A stretch of 62,551 nucleotides of DNA, counting the filler. It is 11 parts of 11 records of this genome, joined end to end, with 100 filler letters (N's around TTAATTAATTAA, not from the genome) between each part and the next. Parts side by side here need not be neighbours in the genome. Positions count along the whole stretch, not along the records: positions 19,510 to 29,018 come from SRR7504441_11965; positions 29,119 to 34,805 come from SRR7504441_11967; positions 34,906 to 39,365 come from SRR7504441_11981; 8 more parts are not named here. One strand, 5' to 3'. The notes below the pieces were generated by a model, which searched no databases, had not been told where the DNA came from, and worked only from the letters and a program-made list of their open reading frames with translations. The position numbers were made by a program, and so were the translations under genes. The stretch's first letter is position 1, and every line of letters starts with the position of its first letter. This document shows positions 23,437 through 35,031 of the stretch, piece by piece.

Positions 23437-25400
23437 CTAATCAAAATCATCTGCGAACGATTCCATCCCAAACACAGGCGATAGCTTCGCATCGCCAGGA
23501 CTACTACATGCAGGGCTAAGCTCAAGTAACGGCACCGGCCCATCCCCGTCGGGTGGCGCGTGCACCAGCGGTGTTTCCATTTCGTCGCTCTCGTAGTGTC
23601 CGATAGGCGGCGGTGGCGACGCGAGGTCCGACAGGTCCGTGAGATCGCCCGCCGAGGCCAGACTTGACATCATCCGGACTGGTTGCTTCTGGGGCGTCGG
23701 CGACTCCATCTCGTCGGAGTCCGAATCGTTAATATGCGTCCACTGGTCCGGACTGGCCGGATCAACCTCCAGCGGTGGTGTGTAAGCCAGCATCGCGTCA
23801 TCCAGCACACAACTCGGACTGCGTCACACACGGTCACCCAGGCACGGGTCGCCGGCTACCTTAGTGTGACCGCGCCGTCGTCGATGAGCGCCGCTAGAGC
23901 CGTGAGCTCATCCCGCAGCCGCCTGTCGTCAGGGCCCGACTCCGCGAGCGTTTCCTCTGCATCGTTGGACGTGTCGGAGAAGATGGAATCAGACCTGCTA
24001 ACAGTAAGACAAGAACGATCCAGGTCGGGTACTTGGAACGCTGGGCTCCGGGATGCTCTAGGATAGAGATCCCAGAATCTTCGCCGGGGACTGAATCCTC
24101 ATCCTCAGAGGACGAAGCATGGTCCATCCTGCCAGCAAGTGAGAGGAAGCGCTGGGCAGACGCACTGATAATCCCGGTACGCCTGTCGCTTCTCGTGATA
24201 GCTCTTGGTCTTGCTCATCTGCAGCCTCGGGCCTGTGGCCAGGATCGGCCTCCCGCCCCCAGTACCAGCCACCTCGCAGCAGCCTAGAGACTAGCGTATT
24301 GGCTATGCTCCCAAATAGCCAGCTCTGCTCCTCGCTCGTGCCCGATCCAGCATGCTGCAACCGCTCAGCTGACCTGCAACCACACACTGCCACCTCCTCT
24401 TCGTTGTCCGAAGAGCCGCTGTCGTCAAATGAAGTGGCCCGGCGTAGGTTTCGAACCCATGACAGCGCCGTCTGCGAGTCTAATTGCTCGCTGGATTCTT
24501 GCCTTTCCATCTGCAGAGCTTTCCCCTGAGCTGGGCTCAAAACTGGCTGCTCGGGCGTGCACGAGCTCCGCCAGTTATCGCGCATTCCTGCCCCGGGGCT
24601 GCAGTCCAGCTGGGGCCCGACGGCACCGTGCAGCGCATCGCGACAAGCCCTCTCGTGCCTTAATCTAACTGAATTGAACCCCCGCCCTGCTGCCTCCCAG
24701 ATCAGCACGGCGCCAGCCAGCCCGCACCCAGCGCGCTGACTTCCCCGCCGGCCGGCTCCTCCGATCCCATGGCCGGAATGGCCCAGAGCCCGAATGGACC
24801 CGTCTCGGCCGCCCCTGCCTGCTGCTGCTGCCTCTCTGCTTCACGCTTCGCTGCCCTCCTGCGCTTCTGCAGCTTTCGCTCCTTGCGCTGTTTCCGGCGG
24901 ACGGCGCGCTCCTGGGCCTGTAGAGTGGCCACGCGAAGCTTCTCGGCCAGAGCCTCCTGTGCGATGCTGAGCGGGGCGGTCACAGGGCCGGCCACCTGAT
25001 GAGATCTCCGGAGCGATGGTTTGAGCGAGCTTCTAGCGGTCTTGGTCCACTCAATCAAGTTGTTGGTGCTCTCAGACCGGTTGATCGTCTGCCCACCGCC
25101 TGACCGCCGGCCGCAGGGTCGGGGCACCGGGCACTCGTGGGGCTCGTGGTGTTGGAGCCACCCAGCGGCCGGCAGCCCGCGGTGCTGGCGCCAGGCACGC
25201 TGGATCACCACCGCTTGCTCCTCGATCTCACACAGGGCATCGATCGACAGCTGCAGCTTGTGGGCCGTCGCCACCCGATCCTGCGCCCTCCACTCACTGC
25301 CCGGCCCCGGCGCGCCACGCACCTCCGCGAAACCCATCCAGTAGTCCGCCTCCTCGGTGCCCACGATCTCTTCAAACTGAAGCGGGGCCACCGTCCGCAC
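23437..25400 (-). CDS. Low-complexity/disordered protein with an IQ-like motif (multi-exon, model approximate)
   Basis: Chain of same-strand ORFs separated by short GT-AG introns; AVVIQRAWRQHR IQ-like motif; acidic S/D-rich tail. Confidence 0.5.
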
Positions 25401-25697
25401 GGCCGCGGCCTCCTCCGCTGCAAACCGGACGGACTTCTTAGCCGGTCGTTGCGAGTACTGTCCGTCTGCCGGCCGTGCGGAGCACCTAGGTCAGCGCTCA
25501 GCGGCCGGCGGCCCCGGCCGGACCGGAAGCCAACCCGCCGGCGCGGGAGCGGCATCCTCGGACCGCAAGCCCCGCTCCGCTCGCGCCCGCCGGCTCCTGG
25601 CCTTGTGCCGCGCCCTGGCGTGCCCTTCCGGCGTTGTGGGCCAGTCAATCACAAAATTTCACCCGGTGACCGGCAGCTGACAGGCTCGGGATCCCCG

Positions 25698-26978
25698 ATG
25701 AACAGGGAGCGTCGGCCGGAAGTGGACACTGGGGTCCGGGCCCAGGAGCGGCAGGTGCTGGCGTGGGGGCCCGAGCTGGAGGAGCGCTGGCTCGGGATCG
25801 TGGCCCGGTGCAACGAGCGCCGGCGGTATTTAGACGAGAGCGCGTTCAAACCGGGCAAGGTGTGGGGCCGGCTGAGGCTGGTGGCCGACTGGAGAGGGAG
25901 CGTCCTGGTCAGAGACACGCTGCTGGACGTGGTGAATGTGCTCACCATGGCGTTGTGGGGGGTGTGCAGTGGGCTGGCGGCAACGGACACGGTGCAGTTC
26001 CCGGAGTCGTCCGAGTTCTACATGCTCAGTCTCGGCTCGGTGCTGACCTTCACATCGGTGTTCTTTCTAAACCAATGCTTCGGGCGGTGGAGCGAGCAGT
26101 GGCGGCACACCTGTACGGCCACCGGCAGCACCCTGCAGACGGCCACGCTGCTCCGTAGCTACTGCCCCCCCTCCAACCCTGGGGTCTCCGACCTGCCTGA
26201 CCGGATCGTGCGGTACTGCAACGCCGCCCACGTAATGGCGTACGCAGGGCTGCCTCAAGGACACGACTATGATCTGACGTGGATGCGCACCTTCTGTGCC
26301 AAGTTTGATTTACTTAGTGTGAATGAGCTCGCCGTCGTGATGAAGCTGGAGCCTGACTCTGGCAACGCTGCTTTCATGGAATTGATCCGCTGGGCGGTTG
26401 ACGGAGTGGCCCAGTGCCGGCAGCAGGGGTTTCTGAGTGACATGCAAGCGTACAGTGTGGAGCAGTCAGTGCTGAAGGTTCGGGAGAGTTTGTCGTGGAT
26501 TCATTACTATGACTCTCAGCCTATCCCTTACGCATACTACAACCTTTTGAGCTGGACCCTGCTTTTTTACAGGCCTTGCGCAGCGTACTACTTTGCAGTC
26601 GAGTACTACAGTCATTGGTATTTCTCTTGGACCGGTGTGTTATTTATAAACTTGGTGCTGCTCGCTGTCATCACATTGGCTGAGCAGCTGGCAACGCCGT
26701 ATGGGAGAGATGACGTCGACATCTCTGTGTCAGACTACGTCGCAAGAGGTTGCTTGGGGTCAACACGGTTGATGACTTCCCAATTCGGAGCCACGAGAGG
26801 GCCCAACAGCATAGACATTGACCCAATCGAACTGCTGAACCACCAGACCGAGGGCAGCCCCAAGTACGACCACCACCACTGGGTCGAAGGTGCGAATCGG
26901 CAGCTATCGCCGCCCGGCCCACAGCCTGGTGCGCACAACGCAGCAGCAGTGTCCATACCTGGATCAGTGCAATTATAG
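25698..26978 (+). CDS. Bestrophin-family (UPF0187-like) anion channel, intronless
   Basis: LTFTSVFFLNQCFGRW..W, QPIPYAYYNLL, and AEQLATPYGRDDVDI; four hydrophobic segments. Confidence 0.8.
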   Translation: MNRERRPEVDTGVRAQERQVLAWGPELEERWLGIVARCNERRRYLDESAFKPGKVWGRLRLVADWRGSVLVRDTLLDVVNVLTMALWGVCSGLAATDTVQFPESSEFYMLSLGSVLTFTSVFFLNQCFGRWSEQWRHTCTATGSTLQTATLLRSYCPPSNPGVSDLPDRIVRYCNAAHVMAYAGLPQGHDYDLTWMRTFCAKFDLLSVNELAVVMKLEPDSGNAAFMELIRWAVDGVAQCRQQGFLSDMQAYSVEQSVLKVRESLSWIHYYDSQPIPYAYYNLLSWTLLFYRPCAAYYFAVEYYSHWYFSWTGVLFINLVLLAVITLAEQLATPYGRDDVDISVSDYVARGCLGSTRLMTSQFGATRGPNSIDIDPIELLNHQTEGSPKYDHHHWVEGANRQLSPPGPQPGAHNAAAVSIPGSVQL

Positions 26979-27197
26979 CCGCAATGGTGAACGTACTCAC
27001 TACATCAGTAGTGCAACTACATCAGTAGCAACACTCAGCCGGATTGTCCAGATACTCAACTAGATCTAGTCAGATGTCTGCTGCACGTCGACGTCATCTG
27101 CTAGATAAGCTCAAGTTTAGTTCGGCGGAGCTCGGCTTTGAACATCCTAATTCAACCGGCTTTAATTAAAATGTCAAACAAAATCAATATTTTAATG

Positions 27198-28418
27198 TCA
27201 TAACTCGGCTCGTTTGCCATCGCTACTGACCGGCTCGCTTATGAGCCACACTTTCCGATCCGGCAAGCGGAACTCATTTGGTTCGAGTTCAGTTGCATCC
27301 TCCGACTCAGCTGCGGCCAGCTCCTGCCGCCGCCGCTTCCGCCGACGGCCCGACAACGGGAGCTCACTAGCATTAAATTGCGGAAAGCCTATCTGGCAGC
27401 ACTCCAGCCCCAGCGCCAACACCGGCCCCGGCTCGTCCTCCGGCCCGCAGGCGGCAAGCTCATATCTGCCTAGTTGGCTCTCTGGCAGCGCTGACGAAGG
27501 CGGATCCGTGCCTAGCAGCCGGCGCACCGTCTCCCTACACTCCGGGCAGCCAGTCGGGTGGGCAGCCGCGCCGCACCAGCCGCCCCATCCGGCCCAGCCG
27601 GCCCAAGACTCCACGGGCTCAGCCGTCTGCTCAGGTGTGGCTGGAGCGTACAGCTGGTCGCCTACGAGGGGCCATCCCAGAGCAGCCATCTGGGCCCTAA
27701 TCTGGTGGGTCCGGCCGGTGTGCAGCCTAATCTGTGCTTGGAGCACCCCCCGCTGCCGGCACTCCGTCAGAGCCTCGATCTCGAGCTCGCATCTCGACCA
27801 CCCATCCCGCTCCTCGCCCACAACAGTGTGCCGCTCGCTCCCCTGCCCGGCCCGAGGCTCCATCCAGTGCACCACCCGGCCGATCGGCGGCCGGGTCCCC
27901 GCGCCCCGCACCAGCGCGCGGTACCGCTTCACTACCCGGCCCTGGCTAAGCCACCCGTTGAATCCGGCCTGCCAAAGCCTGCACCGGGCGAGTACCAACA
28001 GACCTCCGGTCGGCTGGTCCAGCCGGTGCGTCACCCGCAGCTCTGGCCCGAGCACCGGCCGGAGCCGGGCCAAGACGTTCTGCTCGGCGTTGTCCACGTT
28101 CGGGTGGGTGGGGCAACCGCTCGGCTTTCGGACTACCGCGAACCTTCCGGCCTGATGAACCACGCAGGCCGGCCAGTCCGCCCGGTCGGCCGCCGGGAAT
28201 GGCTTGGGACACAGATACACCCGCACGTAATCGCCCGGGTGGACGGGACGGCCTGGGTCGACCAGCCGCTCCGGTTTGACACCGGCTGGTCCAGACCAGA
28301 CGGCCCCGAACAGACACAGTCGCTCAGCCCGCCCGGTGCATATTTGAGCGAGTTGGGCCACCGCCTGGCCGGCCGGCCGGGGCGGCCAGTCGGCCGGGAT
28401 GGTGAGATGCCGGATCAT
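27198..28418 (-). CDS. RluA-family RNA pseudouridine synthase
   Basis: VVRKPSGCPTH, HRLDQPTGGL with the catalytic Asp, KRYRALV, HTGRTHQIRAQMA..G.PLVGD.LY. Likely start MIRHL at 28418. Confidence 0.9.
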   Translation of the reverse strand: MIRHLTIPADWPPRPAGQAVAQLAQICTGRAERLCLFGAVWSGPAGVKPERLVDPGRPVHPGDYVRVYLCPKPFPAADRADWPACVVHQAGRFAVVRKPSGCPTHPNVDNAEQNVLARLRPVLGPELRVTHRLDQPTGGLLVLARCRLWQAGFNGWLSQGRVVKRYRALVRGAGTRPPIGRVVHWMEPRAGQGSERHTVVGEERDGWSRCELEIEALTECRQRGVLQAQIRLHTGRTHQIRAQMAALGWPLVGDQLYAPATPEQTAEPVESWAGWAGWGGWCGAAAHPTGCPECRETVRRLLGTDPPSSALPESQLGRYELAACGPEDEPGPVLALGLECCQIGFPQFNASELPLSGRRRKRRRQELAAAESEDATELEPNEFRLPDRKVWLISEPVSSDGKRAEL

Positions 28419-28543
28419 CGCGCCGGCAGCCTCCCGCTCAGCGCGCCGCCGCGCCGGGGTCCGCACCGCTGTGTGGTGGGCTGTCCGTTGCTCACCGGTG
28501 CCCAAAGAAGCACCGCTGTACCAGAGCCGGCTGAAGCAGGGCC

Positions 28544-29018
28544 ATGGCTGGTTCGACGGCGGCGCTGGAGGCGGTGGCTGAGCAGGTCTTTGCCGAACTG
28601 GACAGCGACAAGGTGCGCCGCTTCCCCGCACCCGGCTCACCGGTCGTCTCGGCCAGAACGGGCTGCTGCTCCCGATCGAGCTGTCCACGCGGCTCACCGA
28701 CTGGGGGTTCACTGACGAGCAGGTGCCCGTGGCCGGCTCCCCGGGGTCCGAGAAGCCAGGGCAGATCTTCGACTTCTTCATGGACATGGACGTCAACATG
28801 GACGGGGCCATCGACAAAGCCGAGTTCGTCTCAGGCTTCTGGCGCTGGCGAGACGCCTCAAAGCTGGGCGGCCAACCAATACTCACCCCTCGCGCGGCCG
28901 AGCAGGCCGCCGCGGCGGCCGACGCCGCCCCCGCAGCCGAGGAGGAGGCTGCGCCTGCTGCCGAGGAGGCTGCCCCCGCCGCTGAAGAGGAGGCTGCCCC
29001 TGCTGTTGAGGAGGCTGC
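28544..29018 (+). CDS. EF-hand protein with an AAPAAEEE repeat tail, 3' truncated
   Basis: EF loops ELDSDK|NGLLLPIE and DMDVNMDGAIDKAEF; tandem Ala/Pro/Glu repeats. Confidence 0.7.
28924..29018 (+). repeat. Coding tandem repeat (GCTGCCCCCGCCGCTGAGGAG-like, 21-24 nt unit) encoding AAPAAEE(E)
   Basis: About four degenerate units running into the contig end. Confidence 0.75.
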
Positions 29019-29308
29019 NNNNNNNNNNNNNNNNNNNNNNNNNNNNNNNNNNNNNNNNNNNNTTAATTAATTAANNNNNNNNNNNNNNNNNNNNNNNNNN
29101 NNNNNNNNNNNNNNNNNNTTCTCGGTCCCGTGGGCAGCCCGGCAGTTGCCCCCGGGCGGCGGTGGCGGCGCCGACCGAAATGCTTGCGCCGTGGCGGCCA
29201 GGAGCAATAGCATCTGCGATCTGGCCATCGTCTCAGATCGGCTTGGATTTTCTGAGTGGGCCGCATCAGCTGTCTGGAGGTGTCAGCTGGGCACGGTCGG
29301 GTGCGGCG

Positions 29309-32300
29309 ATGGGCGGCTGCCAAGCCAAGCAAGGCGAGCGGGAGGACAAGGCCGGGGACTGGCCGGTCGATCCGGACCAGGGGGGCACCGGGTACCACGC
29401 GTGCGTTGTCTGCTTGTTCGCGGTGGGACTGGACTGCAAGGCCGAACTCCAGCTGAGGCTCCGGTTCGGGGGCACTGGGCACGCCGAGAGCACACAGTGG
29501 GCCTCTCCGGACCGGCAGGGGCACGTGATGTGGTATGCCACCCGGCACTGCCACCTGGCCCACCGGCCGGAGGGGCTGGAGGTCGAGTTGGTTGACAAGT
29601 CGGGCGGGGTGCACGCCAGGGCCGCTGTCCCGGAGATGGCCGCCCCAGGGGACACCGGCTCGAGGCTGCACAAGCTGCGGTGCGCGAACGGGGTCAAGAT
29701 CCAGCTCACCACAAGGCTCGAGCTCGAGGCGAGCACCGCGCTCCTTGAACGCAGGTCAGTCCCGGGGGGGCGGGGGCGGGGGCGAGCTTAGGCAGGTGGC
29801 AGTCTGCGCGGGGGCTGCTCTCTATCGAGCTTGTGGGAGGCTCCGGATTTGACCAGGACGAGCAGCCGGTCGGGGGGACGGCGATGCTGATGGGCAACAG
29901 CAAGAGCGGTGCGCGAGGCTGAGTGCGCGACTGAACACGGGTCCAGGCAGCACAATGAGAGTCTGGGTCACAGAGCAAGAACTGACCAGCACGATCACCA
30001 TCGGCGGGGTGGGCGCGTCCGGCCAGCTGCTCGGATCTGCTTCCGTGCTGGTCCAAACAGCCGTGGAGGCAGACCAGCTTATGACCCTTCCGTGCGCTGA
30101 CTCACAGGGTGCGCCGCGCTCCGGGATCGGGCCGTCAGAAGCGGGGGCAGGCCAGCTGATGGTGCGTTTCGAGATGATGCCCAAGCAGCAGGCGCAGGAC
30201 CACATGCTGCTCGCCCTGGCCAGCACGGTTGGTGCCGAGACTCTTCGTGACAGGCTTGACACTGCACAACTAGCTGGAGTGCTTGCAGCGCTCGGACGAC
30301 CGTTCGAGCTCCCAACGGACGGATGTGACGGGCCTTCGCTGGAGCAACTGCATTCCGAGCTCATGTGAGGGGCGCGGGCCGGGCCGGGCTGAGGACAGGC
30401 AGGCAACACCGCGAGTACCATGCGAGATTTCTGCGGAAAATGCGCCTGTTTGCCTCGCGAGGCTTCTACACTCAAATGTCGGACACCTTGCTCGATCTGC
30501 TACCGATTCTGCCGATCGCGCAGCGGCCGTGGCTGGCACCAGCTGAGGCGAGTGCCGAGGTGCGCTCTCTGTTGAGGCCGAGATGAGCTGGGAGGCAGGC
30601 GGAACAGACAGGGCTCCCAGACTCCGATGAGATCGTTCAGGTGTTCGACCCAGCGCAAGGTGAGTCCCGGCAGCTAGCCCGGGCTGACCATGGCGCGGCA
30701 GGCAAGCTGGTCGAAGAGCAGGTGCCGCACTGTGTGCAAGCTGCAATCAAAGTGGCCGCCGCATCCGGCCGGGCGCACCGGGCAGTATTTCATCGGATCA
30801 CCCAGATGGTTCAAACTAGGATCCGGTGACCAACCGCCCGGCCGGCGGCTGATTGGGTCTGGGCAGGTCGGTAGAGTCGTACAAGGTGATTGACGCCTTC
30901 CGGGAGGCGTACGCGAGCTGCCCGATGGATTTTAGCGAGGCGAGGCCGAGTCACAAGTATAGCACGTTCGGTGCACCCGCTGGGCCCGGCCTCGAATGAT
31001 ACAGTTTGTGCAGCCGAGTTCATGGCCCGGCAGCCTCTCGAGGACAGCAGGCCTCTGGCCATGCCGGATGACCCTTGCGCTGCGGTCGCGCCCAGTGACT
31101 GCTGTTGCCTCGGCTATGCAAGCACCGAGGCTGCAATCAGAGTGATCTGCGGTAAGTCTAAAGGCGCGCAACTGGCCACAATAGCCAGCCAGTTCGTCTC
31201 GAAGCTGATTGCGCCACTCCCTGGCGAGCTGGCCGCTAAGTTTGCGCACGGGCCATTGCTGATCTGCCGGATGACGGCCAAAGACCATCAGAAGTGGTAC
31301 CTGCCAGTGGAGTCCACCGTGATGGCCATGATTAACGCTGGCTCCGAGTTTTACCCCATCCACCCTCACCTCTTCGGTCAGCGCGAGCTCCGGCACTTTG
31401 GCAGGGAGCAGGACCGCGAGATGAGCTTTGGGGCCGACTTTGCTCAGCTCAATTTGATGCTATCCAACTCCCGCAGGTGGGCTAGTCAGGCACGCTGCAA
31501 GCCTCTGACTGACCACCGTGCAGCATTTACCACCTGCTCTCCCCATGGTTTGGGAACGTGGCTGTGGTCACGCTCGGGTCCACCTTTGTAGACGGCGCAG
31601 GGTCCCGCGCACCTCCAATGAAGGCACCCGGCCTCTCTCTGCGCCTTGACGGCTGACAGGTCGGTGCTGTCGGATCCAAGGGAGCTGAGGCAGGCTGGTT
31701 TGAATTCGCTGGGACCTGTGTGCTGGTTCTGTTCGAGCGGGATGCCATCAAGCTAGACAGTCAGCTCCAGTCGCGAAGCGCCTCCTGTGTCGAGACCAGG
31801 CTCCTCTCAGGCGAGCTGCTTGGTTATGCGACAGACACCACCAACAAGGCTCTTGAGCAAGTCCAAACTGCCAAGGAGCGGCTCGGGCTCAGCCAGGCTT
31901 CCGGGGCGGACAACTCGCCTAGCCCGCCGGCTCAGCACAGTCCGCCAGTGGAGCCAGAGAAAGTGAGCAAACTCGCGGCGTTCATTGCCAAGGAGGAGAT
32001 GAAGCGACAGGCCAAGGAGGGCAATCAGCAGCCAGTCTCGCAGCCTTGCCACGAGGCCGCGCTCTCGCCACGCAGCCAGTGGTCGGGGGCTGTGGAGCGG
32101 GCCGGGGCAGCCCGGGCGGCTGCGGATGTGCAGGCCCGGAGCTTGCAGGCTGAAGTGACTGGACTCCAGAGAGAGGCCGCAGCACTCAAGGCCAGGCTGG
32201 CAAAGGAGCAGTCGAGCAGAGATATCCCGCAGAGGGCAGCGGCGACCGAGGCTCAAGCTCAGCCAGAGAGAGTGCCTCGGGCAAGAAAGGCGTGGCCACA

Positions 32301-32593
32301 GGCGGAGGTGCCCCCTGAAGTGGTTCATGCGCGGTGCTTACTGTGTGGCGGGTGAAGGTGATGACTGGTGGGTATTTCAACCTTTCCGAATGGCTGAACA
32401 ACGCCAGCTTGAGCCCGCACCACGCAGAGGCGCTGCTCACTTCAGGTGACTGGACGAGCCGCAGAGGATTGAGTGTTTTGCAGGTGTGCAGCGTGAGGAG
32501 GATCTGGCGAAGCTCACTACAGAGCAGCTCAAGCAGCTCGGATTCATGCCAATAGAGATTAAGCTCTTCCGACTCGTGCTGAAGCAACCATGA
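29309..32593 (+). CDS. PSD2-like (C2-type N-terminus + phosphatidylserine decarboxylase fold), catalytically degenerate, with coiled-coil and SAM-like C-terminus
   Basis: Spliced protein follows the PSD2 motif order: LVEEQVP, EFMARQPLEDSRP, VAPSDC, ICRMTAKDHQKWYLPV, SPWFGNVAVVTLGSTFV, KGAEAGWFEFAGTCVLVLFE, CVETRLLSGELLG. It ends with LSEWLNNASL...DLAKLTTEQLKQLGF. Confidence 0.72.
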
Positions 32594-32836
32594 GCTACTA
32601 GCTGGACGCTTCTGGTGTCCTATGAATATTCTAACAATCATTTGACTGATGTCCGACTCTCTTGAGCATATCGCAAGTAGAGTATGTACATGTAAGTGAC
32701 AACACTTTATGAGAATAAATGCCTTTGAGTGCTTTATAATAGCTTTATGATATTATTGTACTTGTACAAAGTAATAGTTTGTAAATTAATACAAGTAGTT
32801 AAGGTTCCAGTTCATAAGCCAAAAATAACATCAGTG

Positions 32837-34592
32837 CTACAACCCACGGAACCATCCAGTGGCGAGTTTGAGCCAAGAGGAGGCGCCAATCTGGCTCTCA
32901 GTTGTCTCTACCTGGGCTTGAACCCGTTCGGTGTCACTTTGTTTCACATCCGGCCCTTGAGAGCAGAGCTTCAACCCAGCTGCGTCTAGATCTATATCCT
33001 CTTCCTTGCCCAAGTGTCTGAAGCATTTGACGTTGCCTGTCGGGTCCGTGAGCGGCAACCAACCTCGTCTGGAGGTACATCGCACAAACACAGTAGAAAG
33101 CCCTGAGCACAGCTCTCAAACAAGCCAGGGCGGAGCTTTACCTTGGCATATGGCGTCGACTACCACCACCTCTGGGGCCACTGGACCACAGCCATCCAGA
33201 TTCTGCCAGCAGCCGAATCAGCCATCACAGGCCTGCAGGACTTCACACCTTGTCTGTGAACGACACAGAGTACCTATACCCGACCCCGGGGCTTGGGATG
33301 AGGCACTGGAACACCCGCCGACCAAACGTGAAGGTCGGACTGTCTGGAGGCTCCAGGCCGGCTGCCGATGGACGGGCACAAGCCTCAGGCGTTTCTGCAT
33401 CTTCACTTGGTGCTGCCTCAGTCTGACAGATCTTCCGCAGTGCCTCAGCACCTAACTCTTCCTGCTGGACAACGCCCGACCCCTCGTCCACTGCGCGCGG
33501 CCCGACTTCCTCTGAATCTACCGAGCGAGCTCGTGATATTTGATCATTAAGTCGCCGAGCTGCTGCGTTAGCGCCCCTCTCCATGGGCGGGCCAGTTCCG
33601 CTGAGCGGTGGCGTGCGGGGACGGTGGATCATCGCTGTTTCGGGCGCTTCGGCCTCCATACCCCCCTGCTGACATTCACCAGCCGCCCGCATTTCGGCTG
33701 CCCGGCGGAACTGCTCCACCTTGCGTGCCGCCTCTCGCCTGGCCGCGGCGCGCACATGTGGAGGGCTGCGCAGCTGGGTGGCGGAGACCGGCCCAGTAGC
33801 TGCTCCGATCATTTGCCGCCGCAGCAGCAGCGTGTGGTCCGGTGGGGGCGGGACGTGTCCACCGGGTGGAAGCGGTGGGAGCACGTGCCCTCCGTCGGCG
33901 CAGTACGCGCTGAGGTCGGCCGGGCTCGCAGCTGCGCCGTCCAAGGGGCTCGCTGGGGTGCCGGATGGTCGAATGATATCGGCCCGGCAGCGGGGGACCT
34001 GTAGCAGCGGCTCGGGGGAGGCCCGGTCAGGCCTGTGCGTGGGGTCAGGGCCGGCGGGGCGGCAGGCACCCGAGAAGCAGCTCGGCCTCGGCTCTGCTGA
34101 ACCCGAGCACCCGCTGAGGAGGAGAGCCTGGTTGGCGGCTCTCCATAGTACTGTAACGGAACTGAAACACAGATGGCGCTGGAGCAGCGGCACCGGGCCA
34201 ATCGGGCCCTGGCCCGGGGGCTGCGTCAGCCCGGGTTCGTGGCACCGTTCAACGCGCCATTGTCGGCGACCAAGGGGGTGTCGTACACCCGTCTGCTCGC
34301 CAGGATGCCTCTTAACCATCAGTTTGGATGGTGCGGCCGCCACAGGCCCGCTGACCGACCGCAGGCCGCACGACAGCAGCACGATCCCGTTCCACCTGGG
34401 CGCGTCGCAGCCCGCGGCGCCAGTCGATCCCACCTCGCCCCAGCAGCGGTATCCGCTCCGGGGGCCGAACCCACATCGGGAGGAGGAGGTGCGCCTCGAG
34501 TGGCCCCGCGGCCATGGTTACCGCGCTCCGAGCTTGGCTGGTTCTAGTCCGTATGTGATACCACGCGCGCAGCCCACCGGCTGGTGCCGCAT
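32837..34592 (-). CDS. Uncharacterised protein with a C-terminal ~90-aa domain shared with the gene at 43595-44601 (start approximate)
   Basis: Spliced C-terminus FGRRVFQCLIPSPGVGYRYSVSFTDK|NLDGCGPVAPEVVVVDAICQG|LSTVFVRCTSRRGWLPLTDPTGNVKCFRHLG; N-terminal part is Pro/Ala-rich. Confidence 0.65.
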
Positions 34593-35031
34593 GCCTAGAT
34601 AGCACACAATTCAACACTGGGTGGCACTGATCGATACTCGTATCGCTGATTATCGCGCCGCGTACTCGTACGAGAGAGGTACAATACGTGTACGAGCTCG
34701 AGTATGAGTAGAGTATGAGCATGACGATCGATGAGCATAACGATCGTTCCTGCGGTGTTACAGAAGGGCTCGAGCGCTCGAGCAGCGGGACCTGCTTGAG
34801 GTGGANNNNNNNNNNNNNNNNNNNNNNNNNNNNNNNNNNNNNNNNNNNNTTAATTAATTAANNNNNNNNNNNNNNNNNNNNNNNNNNNNNNNNNNNNNNN
34901 NNNNNTGGGCCGCCTCTCCACCGCCCTGACCCTACCCTTAGCTATTGTGCTGAGCTGGGCACCGATGACATAGTTACGTCTAAGTTTCCTTGAAACTTGT
35001 GATAATTCAATAGTTGGTCTTTATGATTTAT

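Noticed and set aside
26998-27105. ACTACATCAGTAG x2 and a TCTAG-CAGATG/CATCTG-CTAGA hairpin between convergent genes
   Set aside because: Short and single-copy. Bacterial-style terminators do not apply here and there is no other support.
34640-34750. TACGAG/GAGTAT-type short repeats (also CGTTACGAGTATA x2 near 17062 and 17104)
   Set aside because: Low-complexity intergenic sequence without regular spacers; not a CRISPR array.
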